Source: Collinsella sp. (GTDB lineage Bacteria > Actinomycetota > Coriobacteriia > Coriobacteriales > Coriobacteriaceae). Taken from it: a stretch of 64,000 nt of DNA. A program made the translations under genes and the position numbers. The DNA lies in NCBI GenBank assembly GCA_048367555.1, contig DBGCAP010000001.1, positions 2,578 to 66,577 on the forward strand, given 5' to 3'. Shown in pieces: positions 17,887 to 26,388 of this stretch. Every line of letters starts with the position of its first letter. Position 1 is the stretch's first letter. The notes under the pieces were generated by a model, which made no database searches, had not been told where the DNA came from, and worked only from the letters and a program-made list of their open reading frames with translations.

Positions 17887-19794
17887 ATGGAACAGATTAT
17901 CTTGAACATACTCGAGGCTCTGCGTCGCGGCGAGACCGTGGACGACAAAGCGCTCGTCAAGCTGATACATGCCGAGGCGCGCCGTGAGGGTGCCGACAAA
18001 CGCGATTTGGCCAAGCGCCGTCTGCTGCCGTTCTACCAGCGGGTTAAACGTGAGGAGCCGGCACGTTGGGCTGGGTGGAATGTCGATTCCGATCTGGAGC
18101 GTCAACTGCTGCAGGTGTTGCGTATGAAGCCTCGTCGCACGGCTTCGGGCGTGGCAACCATTACCGTCATCACCAAGCCGTGGCCGTGCTCGGGCGATTG
18201 CCTGTTTTGCCCCAACGACCTGCGCATGCCCAAAAGCTATTTACATGCCGAGCCGGCGTGTGCCCGTGCAGAGCAAAACTGCTTCGATCCATATCTGCAG
18301 GTGAGCGCCCGTTTGACCGCGCTTTCGCAGATGGGTCATGCGACCGATAAGATCGAGCTCATTGTGCTTGGCGGTACCTGGAGCGACTATCCGCAAGGGT
18401 ATCAGATGTGGTTTATGTCGGAGCTCTTCCGCGCGCTCAATGACGATGCCGTGGCCGGCGTGGCGGCCAACCCCATGTTGGCGCGTCCGGGCATCAGCCG
18501 TGCCGAGGCAGGGCGCCTGCTCGATGACGCTCCCGCCGATGCCCTGCCGCCGGTGGTGGCGGAGCGTCGCGAACGCTATCGGGCCGTCGGTATTGCGACC
18601 GACGAGGCCGAGCTTGCGAGCGGTGTTACCGACGAGCAGGGGCGTGTGGATGCTGCCGTGGGCGGCTATAACCGCGCGGTGCGTCGTCTGTACGGCCCTG
18701 GTACGCCGTGGGGCGAGGTTGCCGAGTGGCAAACGACAACGATGGAAGAGCTCGAGCGCCAGCAGCGCATCAACGAGACGGCGAAGCATCGTGTGGTGGG
18801 GCTCGTTATCGAGACGCGCCCCGATGCCGTAACGCCGCAGGCCCTCACGCTCATCCGCCGCCTGGGCTGCACCAAGATTCAGATGGGTATCCAGAGCCTC
18901 GACCAGCACCTGCTCGATATCAACGAGCGCCGTATTACGGTGGCTCAGATCGAGCAGGCGTTTTCGCTTGCACGATTGTTTGGCTTTAAGATCCATGCGC
19001 ATTTTATGCTTAACCTGCTGGGCGCCACGCCCGAGGGGGACAAGCGCGATTACGAGCGCTTTATGACCGAAGGGGCCTTTATGCCCGACGAGGTCAAGGT
19101 CTACCCGTGTGCGCTCATCGAGGGCTCGCGTCTGGTGGGCTGCTATGAGCGTGGCGAGTGGCGCCCCTATACCGAGGATGAGCTGCTCGATGTGCTGGCC
19201 GACGACATCGTGGTGACGCCGGCGTTCTGCCGTATCAGTCGCATGATCCGCGACTTTAGCTCCGACGACATCATGGTGGGCAACAAGAAGCCCAACCTGC
19301 GTCAGCTCGTTGAGAACCGCCTGGCGGCTCGTGGGGAAGGCGCGACGGTGCGCGAGATCCGCTATCGCGAGATCAGCACGGCGGGTGCCGACCTGGATGA
19401 GCTGACCCTTGACGAGGAGGTGGCGTACGAGACGCCGGTGACGCACGAGCGCTTTTTGCAGTGGGTGACGCCGCGGGGCAAGATCGTGGGCTTTTTGCGC
19501 CTGTCGCTGCCCGATCGTACTTTTGTTGCCGCGCATGCGGACGAGTTGCCGACGACGCCGGACGAGGCGATGATTCGCGAGGTGCACGTGTATGGCATGG
19601 CGGCGCGCGTGGGGGATCAAGGCCAGGCGGCCCAGCACCATGGATTGGGGCGTTTGCTCGTAGAGCATGCATGCGAGATCGCCCGGGATGCGGGCTATGC
19701 GCGCATCAACGTGATTAGCGCGATTGGCACACGCGAGTACTATCGCCATCTTGGATTTTATGACCATGGCCTTTATCTGCAAAAGGAGCTCTAG
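17887..19794 (+). CDS. elp3: Bacterial Elp3 homologue: radical-SAM plus GNAT tRNA U34 carboxymethylation-type enzyme
   Basis: Cys cluster CSGDCLFCP, the radical-SAM barrel region, and a C-terminal GNAT domain (REVHVYG...QHHGLGRLLVEHACEIARDAGYARINVISAIGTREYYRHLGF) typical of the Elp3 family. Confidence 0.85.
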   Translation: MEQIILNILEALRRGETVDDKALVKLIHAEARREGADKRDLAKRRLLPFYQRVKREEPARWAGWNVDSDLERQLLQVLRMKPRRTASGVATITVITKPWPCSGDCLFCPNDLRMPKSYLHAEPACARAEQNCFDPYLQVSARLTALSQMGHATDKIELIVLGGTWSDYPQGYQMWFMSELFRALNDDAVAGVAANPMLARPGISRAEAGRLLDDAPADALPPVVAERRERYRAVGIATDEAELASGVTDEQGRVDAAVGGYNRAVRRLYGPGTPWGEVAEWQTTTMEELERQQRINETAKHRVVGLVIETRPDAVTPQALTLIRRLGCTKIQMGIQSLDQHLLDINERRITVAQIEQAFSLARLFGFKIHAHFMLNLLGATPEGDKRDYERFMTEGAFMPDEVKVYPCALIEGSRLVGCYERGEWRPYTEDELLDVLADDIVVTPAFCRISRMIRDFSSDDIMVGNKKPNLRQLVENRLAARGEGATVREIRYREISTAGADLDELTLDEEVAYETPVTHERFLQWVTPRGKIVGFLRLSLPDRTFVAAHADELPTTPDEAMIREVHVYGMAARVGDQGQAAQHHGLGRLLVEHACEIARDAGYARINVISAIGTREYYRHLGFYDHGLYLQKEL

Positions 19795-20673
19795 ATGAAC
19801 AAGCCGAGTGTTTCTGCTGGTGTCGTTGCCGGCGTTGCTCTGGGAGCCGCGGCGCTTGGTGCGGCCGCTGTCGCTGTTCGTGCTGCCTGTCTGCAGGTTG
19901 CGCGAACCCGCAATGGGTTGGCGCGTGTGAAACGCGTGCACGATGAGGGCGGCGATGAGATTCGCGTGTTGGTGCAAGGCGGCGTCTACCAAAGCGCAAG
20001 CTACATTGGCGAGCGTTGGGCGGAGCCCGTCTTTGCGTACTATCGTGCGTTTGACGACGTGTTTGAGTCCGAGGATGCGATGCGCGACGCTTATGGTCAC
20101 GGCATCGACCGTATGCTTATGCTGGGCGGCGGTGGGTTTGCCTATCCCAAGTTCGCGCTGATGTCGCACGAGAGCTTGCGCATGGACGTCATTGAGTACG
20201 ATGCCGAGATTACGCGCCTGGCGCGCCGCTGGTTCTACCTAGACGAGCTGGAGCGCGCGGCGGGCGATCGCCTGCGGGTAATAACCGCTGAGGCTCGCTC
20301 GTATTTGGGTGTGACGAGCGTGGGCCATCGTCGCTACGACGTGGTCGTGAGCGATTGCTTTGGCGGCGCCGAGCCCGTGCGCGGGCTGGCGACCGTTGAG
20401 GCGCTGCGCCTGGTGCGGGGCAGCCTGAACCCCGGGGGTATCTACGTGGCCAATATCGTGAGTGCGAACAGGGGGAGCGACGTGACGTTCCTGCGCGATT
20501 GCGCCGCCACGGCACTCGAGGTATTCGCCCACGCTTGGGTAGTGCCTTGCGGCGATGCGGAGTTCGGCGGCGAGGAGAATTATCTGCTCATCGCCAGCGA
20601 CGGCGACTACGCCTTTGCCGAAGCCGTGCCCTTCGACACCGACTTCCTCGGCACCGTCCTTCACGACAAGTAA
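19795..20673 (+). CDS. Spermidine-synthase-like (class I methyltransferase fold) protein with an N-terminal TM helix
   Basis: LMLGGGGFAYPKF...DVIEYDAEI...YDVVVSDCF...GGIYVANI follows the spermidine/spermine synthase family pattern. The ATG directly abuts the Elp3 stop. Confidence 0.65.
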   Translation: MNKPSVSAGVVAGVALGAAALGAAAVAVRAACLQVARTRNGLARVKRVHDEGGDEIRVLVQGGVYQSASYIGERWAEPVFAYYRAFDDVFESEDAMRDAYGHGIDRMLMLGGGGFAYPKFALMSHESLRMDVIEYDAEITRLARRWFYLDELERAAGDRLRVITAEARSYLGVTSVGHRRYDVVVSDCFGGAEPVRGLATVEALRLVRGSLNPGGIYVANIVSANRGSDVTFLRDCAATALEVFAHAWVVPCGDAEFGGEENYLLIASDGDYAFAEAVPFDTDFLGTVLHDK

Positions 20674-20699
20674 GTCTCCCCGTCCCAAAAAGACTGGTC

Positions 20700-23144
20700 T
20701 TAGGCGTGGTCGCGCCAGCTGCGGACGCGCTGCTTCATGCCCTCTATGTCGAGCACGCCTTCGGCAAAGCCCTTGCGCACGAGCTCCTCGGGAACGTACT
20801 CGTCGTAGCGATCAAAATAAGGCACCTCGCCGGGATAGACGAGCTCGATGGGATCAAAGTCCTTCTCGGCCTCGGCGGCGAGCACCTCAAAGAACGTCTC
20901 CTCGTCGGCCTTCATCTTGAACTGCATAAAGTATGGACGCGACGAATCGAGCCCGCGAAGGCCAAGCTCCGCGGCGCATTTAATCTTGAGCATGCGCTCG
21001 AGTGCCAAAAAGGCGTAACTGCCCAGCCAGGGGAAGAGCACCCAGGTGTCGCCGCCCAGGTTAATGAGCGGTTTAGTTCCCGCACCCGAAATCTCGGTCG
21101 TATGGCGAGCCTGCGCCAAACGGGCTCGTGCGTTACCCATAAGGTACGGATACGCCGCGTGCTCGTTGAGAGCCTTGCGCATGCGCTCGAGTACGTGTGT
21201 ATTGATGTCACCGGGGCAGTCGCCAAAGTAGGCCGGCACCCGGCCCTTGACCTGCGTGGCAAAGACGGTGTGGCGCTTCCAGTCCACTTCCTCGACAATC
21301 CAGCAGTGTCCGGCGATGGCGATGCGTTCACCGGGCGGTGGCGGGTTGACGATCGTGCCCAATTCGGCCGACTCGCTACGAACGGTGAACTCCTCGTTTT
21401 CCTGGAACACGGCGTAGAACTTAAAGTTGTTGATGATGCGCTCGCCCGCGAGGCCCACGATGAGCCCGCCGCTCTCGGTGACCTGGATGTGGTCGATCTT
21501 AATGAGGTGACGCAGCAGTACGCGATAGTCATCGGCCGAGATGCGATGGAAATAGCTGAGTGTGAGCACGCGCTGGGCAAGTTCTGCCGGCGTGAGCTCG
21601 CCGGTGCTGGCAAGCGTCGACATAGTCTGGTGGTAGAGCAGGCTGTAGGGGAGTCGATCGAGCTCGGGCGGCTCGACCCACTTTTCCTCGCGATAGAGTT
21701 GTACGAGCGCGATGCCCTGCAGGAGCTTCCACGGAATGGTCTCGGGCATCATCGTGCGCGGCTCGGGCTCTTCCTCGCGCATGACAAACCACATCTCGGG
21801 CGGAAGATCGCGGCGTCCCGTGCGGCCCATTCGCTGCAAAAAGGAGCTGACGGTAAACGGCGCGTCGATCTGGAAGGCACGCTCCAAGCGACCGATATCG
21901 ATACCGAGCTCCAGCGTAGAGGTGGTGACGGTCGTTTGTGCCTGTTCCTCGTCGCGCATGAGCTCTTCTGCCGTCTCGCGCAGCGATGCCGAAAGATTGC
22001 CGTGGTGGATGAGAAAGCGGTCGGGCTCGTGCCGGTTTTCACAGTAGCTGCGCAGCATGGAGCATACGGCCTCTGCCTCTTCGCGCGAGTTAGCAAAGAC
22101 CAGGCACTTGCGGCCGCGCGTGTGCTCAAAGATATAGCCCATGCCGGGGTCGGCGTTGTCGGGCGCCGTGTCGGTGGGGTTGAGAAGCGCCTGCTCGGTC
22201 GCTCGTGGGATGTCGACTTCGCCCTCGGGGGCCGAGGAAGTTTGGCGGTCCTTGGGAGCGGGCTTTTCCCGTGCCCGCTCACGACGTTGACGGCGCTCCT
22301 CTTGTGTGAGCTGTCCGCTGTGACGCATGTCTTGGGCGCCGGCGGGCAGTGCCACGGATGCCGCCGCCTCGATACGCTCGCACGCAAGCACTTCGGCCTC
22401 TTGAGGACCCGTGCTCTCGAATCCCCGCTGCTGTGCCTGGGGACCCGAGTTGTAGAAGTGCTCCATAGAGATGCGCCACACGCGGCGCGGTTCTTCAAAG
22501 CGGGGGATAACACAGTCGCGCCCCGTTCCCTGTGAGAGAAAAGCGCCCGTGCGCTCGGGGTCGCCGATGGTGGCAGAAAGGCCGATGCGTCGAGGCTGCA
22601 CGCCGGCCATGCGCGAGAGCCGCTCGATAAGGCAGAGCGTCTGCCCGCCACGGTCGCCGCGCATGAGCGAATGGACCTCGTCGATGACCACGTAGCGCAG
22701 GTCGCAAAACATGCGCGGGATCGCCATGTGCTTATGGATTAAGAGCGCTTCGAGTGACTCGGGCGTAATCTGCAAGATGCCGCTCGGTTTTTTGATGAGC
22801 TTAGCCTTGTGAGACTGCGAGACATCGCCATGCCAGTGCCAGACAGGGATATCGGCCTCTTCGCAGAGGTCGTTGAGACGGACGAACTGATCATTGATGA
22901 GCGCCTTGAGGGGGCCGATGTAGAGGGCGCCCACGCTTGCGGGCGGGTTCTCCCAAAACTCGGTCAGGATGGGAAAGAAGGCTGCCTCGGTTTTGCCGGA
23001 AGCCGTGGATGCCGTCAGGAGCACATTATCTTGCGTGTTAAAGATGGCGTCTGCCGCTGCAACCTGGATAGAGCGCAGACTCTCCCAATCGTGGGAGTAG
23101 ATGAAGTCTTGGATAAACGGAGCATATCTGTCAAAGGCGTTCAC
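20700..23144 (-). CDS. sngC: Lhr/BrxHI-like SF2 DEAD/DEAH helicase; third gene of a Shango-type cassette (SngC-like)
   Basis: Motif I TASTASGKTEAA, motif II VVIDEVHS, GLSATIG, motif VI QRMGRTGRR, and a long C-terminal Lhr-type DEAD-associated region. The start is reassigned to GTG 23142-23144, preceded by GAGAGGAGG. The track's longer ORF overlaps the upstream gene. Confidence 0.85.
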   Translation of the reverse strand: MNAFDRYAPFIQDFIYSHDWESLRSIQVAAADAIFNTQDNVLLTASTASGKTEAAFFPILTEFWENPPASVGALYIGPLKALINDQFVRLNDLCEEADIPVWHWHGDVSQSHKAKLIKKPSGILQITPESLEALLIHKHMAIPRMFCDLRYVVIDEVHSLMRGDRGGQTLCLIERLSRMAGVQPRRIGLSATIGDPERTGAFLSQGTGRDCVIPRFEEPRRVWRISMEHFYNSGPQAQQRGFESTGPQEAEVLACERIEAAASVALPAGAQDMRHSGQLTQEERRQRRERAREKPAPKDRQTSSAPEGEVDIPRATEQALLNPTDTAPDNADPGMGYIFEHTRGRKCLVFANSREEAEAVCSMLRSYCENRHEPDRFLIHHGNLSASLRETAEELMRDEEQAQTTVTTSTLELGIDIGRLERAFQIDAPFTVSSFLQRMGRTGRRDLPPEMWFVMREEEPEPRTMMPETIPWKLLQGIALVQLYREEKWVEPPELDRLPYSLLYHQTMSTLASTGELTPAELAQRVLTLSYFHRISADDYRVLLRHLIKIDHIQVTESGGLIVGLAGERIINNFKFYAVFQENEEFTVRSESAELGTIVNPPPPGERIAIAGHCWIVEEVDWKRHTVFATQVKGRVPAYFGDCPGDINTHVLERMRKALNEHAAYPYLMGNARARLAQARHTTEISGAGTKPLINLGGDTWVLFPWLGSYAFLALERMLKIKCAAELGLRGLDSSRPYFMQFKMKADEETFFEVLAAEAEKDFDPIELVYPGEVPYFDRYDEYVPEELVRKGFAEGVLDIEGMKQRVRSWRDHA

Positions 23145-23226
23145 GGGGCCTCCTCTCAAAAACGAATCTCTCAACGCGGCTGGCAACGGCTTGCTGCATT
23201 GCTGCTTCAACGTTTGCCCAGATAAA

Positions 23227-23260
23227 ACCTGCCAAAATAAACCTGACCTTTTTGGCAGGT
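23227..23260 (-). terminator. Terminator-like hairpin starting at the stop codon of the ATPase gene, inside the cassette
   Basis: The minus strand reads ACCTGCCAAAA-aggtcaggttta-TTTTGGCAGGT followed by TTTATC. It lies in the 115-nt gap between sngB and sngC. Confidence 0.5.
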
Positions 23261-24564
23261 TAGATGGTGAACTCGGCGAAGTTGCGGTCGTCGCCTGCGG
23301 TGCCGGCGTCGTCTGTTGCGGCTGTCGGCGCCAGCGCGTCGCCACCGACGCTTTGCAGCAACTCGGCCACGTTAGCATCGGGGTTTTGACACAGGATATC
23401 GAGCAGTTCGATAAAGTCGCGGATGACTTCGCGGGGCGTCAGATGCGTGTCGGCCCCCACGCGGCCAAACTCAATTTTGAGGAAGTTCACCAAGTCGTTC
23501 TCGGTAAGCGTGGGCGTCCAGCCAAAGTAGCCGGCGTGAATTTGCATGAGTTTTTCGATCAGCACCAGCAACTCCTCATAGGTGAGTGGCTGCAGGCGGA
23601 TGATGGGCGCGAGCATGTCCTTAAGGTCCTCGCGCGCAAAGCGGCCCTGAGCGAGTCGGCTGCGCAGGGCCTCGTAGGAGAACACGCCTCGGCGGCGGTC
23701 TTCGATGGAGGTTGGCGTGCCGCCCATGATCATGCCCAGGTACTGCGCCTTGCCCTGGAGCGTGTCGTTGTACATGGTCAGGATTTTCTCGTAGTTGTAT
23801 TGGCGTGTGATGGCGTTGGGAATCTTATACAGATTCACGAGCTCGTCGATGAGCACCAGCATGCCCTTGTAGCCGCTGCAGACCAAAAAGCGCGCAATGA
23901 GCTTAACGTAATCGTACCAGTCGTCATCGCTGATGATGGTCGAGGAGCCCAGCTCGGCGCGTGCCTCACTCTTGGTGCGGTACTCGCCACGAATCCATTT
24001 GGTCACGCGGCCCATGGCTTCTTCGTCGCCCTCGGATACGGCCGCGCGGTAGCGGCGGAGCATACGGGCGAAGTCGAAGCCGTGGACCATTTCCTCGAGC
24101 GGGGCCAGTTGGGCATTGACGGCAGACTCATCGGCATCGGCACACGAGGCGACCCAGCGATCCAGGATAAGGTTGAGCGCACCGCCCTCGGGGCGCGTTT
24201 TAGTCGATATGTTGCGGATGAGCTCACGGTAGGTGGCAAGGCCCTGTCCCTGGCCGCCCTGCAGGCGGCGCTCAGGGGATAGGTCGGCATCGGCGACGAC
24301 GAATCCTTCACCCATGGCGTGCGTGCGGATGGTCTGGAGCAAAAAGCTCTTGCCGGCTCCGTAGCGACCGACCAGAAAGCGGAAGCTCGCGCCGCCGTCG
24401 GCGATGAGACTCAGGTCGGTGAGCAGGGCGCGGATCTCGACCTCGCGCCCTACGGTGATGTAGGGAAGGCCGATGCGCGGGACCACGCCGCCCTTGAGCG
24501 AGTTGAGAATGACGGCGGCGACGCGCTTGGGCACACGGGGTGCTGCGGATGTGGTATCACTCAT
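23260..24564 (-). CDS. sngB: DUF2791 / BrxD-like P-loop ATPase; second gene of the Shango-type cassette (SngB-like)
   Basis: Walker A GRYGAGKSF, Walker B LVLIDEL, and the N-terminal block LKGGVVPRIGLPYITVGREVE that is characteristic of the DUF2791/BREX BrxD family. Confidence 0.8.
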   Translation of the reverse strand: MSDTTSAAPRVPKRVAAVILNSLKGGVVPRIGLPYITVGREVEIRALLTDLSLIADGGASFRFLVGRYGAGKSFLLQTIRTHAMGEGFVVADADLSPERRLQGGQGQGLATYRELIRNISTKTRPEGGALNLILDRWVASCADADESAVNAQLAPLEEMVHGFDFARMLRRYRAAVSEGDEEAMGRVTKWIRGEYRTKSEARAELGSSTIISDDDWYDYVKLIARFLVCSGYKGMLVLIDELVNLYKIPNAITRQYNYEKILTMYNDTLQGKAQYLGMIMGGTPTSIEDRRRGVFSYEALRSRLAQGRFAREDLKDMLAPIIRLQPLTYEELLVLIEKLMQIHAGYFGWTPTLTENDLVNFLKIEFGRVGADTHLTPREVIRDFIELLDILCQNPDANVAELLQSVGGDALAPTAATDDAGTAGDDRNFAEFTI

Positions 24565-26317
24565 GGTCTAGGTATCCTCTCACGTCTGCTTCGTAGTCCT
24601 CGATAATGTGCGGTCCTGCCGCGCCAAATTCAATTACGGTGTCACCCACCAGGTCAAAGAGCGCCTCGTTGATGGTATCGACGAGCATGTCCTCGCTCTG
24701 GTCCGAGTGCGCCACTGCCGATGTCGCTTGCGCTGCGTTTTGCTCGAGCAGTGCGCGCAGATACGCGGTTGCGGCAGGCGCGAGTTTGTTCGCAGCTTCG
24801 GCAGACGCGGGCGTTACGGGTGCGGGCGCAGACACGAGGAGCGGTGCCACGACGCCGAAGTCTTCGGTGGAGACAGTCGGCTCGTCGGGTTCGTCTTGCC
24901 GTACGGTCATCTCGCCAGGTTCGGCAGTCATGCCGGGCGCAGGCTCGGTGTTCGGTTGCTCGATAAGCGTCGCCTCGGCTTCCACAGGCACATCGTCCTC
25001 GCGCTCCTCATCAATCAAAAGCGCCTCACGCGTTTGTGCGGCGGCACTCCGGATATGCCCCAGCTGGCTCAAATCGATATCGATCTTGACGGGCTGGTGT
25101 GCGGCATCCCACGAAAGCCATGCCACGATCTCGTCATCGATGATCTTGGCCAGATATTTGGGGACCTTCTCCTCCTTCAGGGGGTGGGCGGGGTCTAGGG
25201 CCAGGCGCAGGCGTTGGTCGCAGGCGCGCATCATCTCACCGAGCTTGCTACTTTTTTGTCTGCTGCCGTGGATACGCATGCATTCCCAAAAGCCATTTTG
25301 GCAGCGGTAAATATGGATGGGGTCCAGACGGTATTCGCAGTCCTCGTGGCGATTAGGCGCAAAGAACACAGCCGAGGCAAACATGGTATAGGGCATGGCC
25401 GTCTCCTCCCCAAACAAGCTCGCCACGATACCGGTCTTTCGGTGCGTGTCATAGTAGCGCGCCATACGGACATACACGGCACATACCACGTGGCGCAGAT
25501 CGCGGTGGTGGCTGCGGTCGAGCCGCGAGTTACTTAGGTTGTACGTGGAGAGGGCGTTGATGGCGGCCATGAGTCGCTCCTCGCGCGCCTCGTCGGGCGG
25601 AAGGGGGAGCGTGGGCTCGGAGGTTTTGCGACGCTTGGGGGCTTGGGCCGACGGTGCCGGTGCAGGCGAGAGGTCTCGCGCTGCGCGGCGCAGCTCGATG
25701 AGGGCGTTGTCGAATGCGACGGTTTTAGAGTCGCGAAGCAGCTCGGGGTTGAGCCCGTGGAAAACGGCGTAATCTTGCAACCACACGCGTGCAAACCGGT
25801 CGATGCCGGGCTCGAAGGCACGATAGGCATCCCAAAAGGCCTTGATCTTGTTAAAGCCATCGAGCGGGTCATCAACGCCAATGCTGCAGATCAGCTCATA
25901 GAGGTACAGGAAGGCAAAGGACGTAGACGTTTCCTCGACGGTTCCGCGGCGCACTTGGGCGCGCCAGGTAAAGTACCCGCGCAGCTGGCGATCGCTCATA
26001 GCGTTGTAGGTTGGGAAGTACGACTTGAACGTACCGTTATAGGGGCAATCGTCCTCAAAATCGGCCATCAGCAGGCCTTGGCGGTAGAAAAGCTCGGCTT
26101 CCGAAAGCCAACGGCCCGCGCCGCCCTTTGGGTCTTCTTGCCAACGCGATATCTCACGCATCTTGCGGTATTGGTCGGGGAGGAAGTTCTGCATCTGTCG
26201 GCCGGTCTTGAGAATCGGCTCGTCTGCGTAGACCTCATGTGAGAAACGGGCAGACTGATGGGTCCGGGCCTCGGCCATAATGCGCTCGATGAGCATCTTG
26301 ATGTCCTGGTCGGCCAC
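24557..26317 (-). CDS. sngA: TerB-N / TerB-C domain protein; first gene of the Shango-type cassette (SngA-like)
   Basis: TerB_N-like block (MSDRQLRGYFTWRAQVRRG...FAFLYLYELI) and TerB_C-like C-terminus (EDMLVDTINEALFDLVGDTVIE...IIEDYEADVRGYL). It overlaps the sngB start by 8 nt. Confidence 0.8.
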   Translation of the reverse strand: MADQDIKMLIERIMAEARTHQSARFSHEVYADEPILKTGRQMQNFLPDQYRKMREISRWQEDPKGGAGRWLSEAELFYRQGLLMADFEDDCPYNGTFKSYFPTYNAMSDRQLRGYFTWRAQVRRGTVEETSTSFAFLYLYELICSIGVDDPLDGFNKIKAFWDAYRAFEPGIDRFARVWLQDYAVFHGLNPELLRDSKTVAFDNALIELRRAARDLSPAPAPSAQAPKRRKTSEPTLPLPPDEAREERLMAAINALSTYNLSNSRLDRSHHRDLRHVVCAVYVRMARYYDTHRKTGIVASLFGEETAMPYTMFASAVFFAPNRHEDCEYRLDPIHIYRCQNGFWECMRIHGSRQKSSKLGEMMRACDQRLRLALDPAHPLKEEKVPKYLAKIIDDEIVAWLSWDAAHQPVKIDIDLSQLGHIRSAAAQTREALLIDEEREDDVPVEAEATLIEQPNTEPAPGMTAEPGEMTVRQDEPDEPTVSTEDFGVVAPLLVSAPAPVTPASAEAANKLAPAATAYLRALLEQNAAQATSAVAHSDQSEDMLVDTINEALFDLVGDTVIEFGAAGPHIIEDYEADVRGYLDHE

Positions 26318-26388
26318 CGTCTCTCCTCTCCTAACGCAGCGTCGGTGACCTCATATCATAGCACAGCATCAAACAGGTGTTCGAGATA

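Noticed and set aside
18241-20169. 642-aa minus-strand ORF
   Set aside because: It is antisense to Elp3 and the spermidine-synthase-like gene. It has no domain signature and shadow-ORF composition.
20499-22535. 678-aa + strand ORF, plus other long ORFs opposite the Shango-type genes (23101-24282, 24606-25310, 25643-26242)
   Set aside because: They are antisense to genes with clear helicase, ATPase or TerB motifs. Their translations are Arg/Ala/Gly-rich without motifs and there are no ribosome-binding sites.
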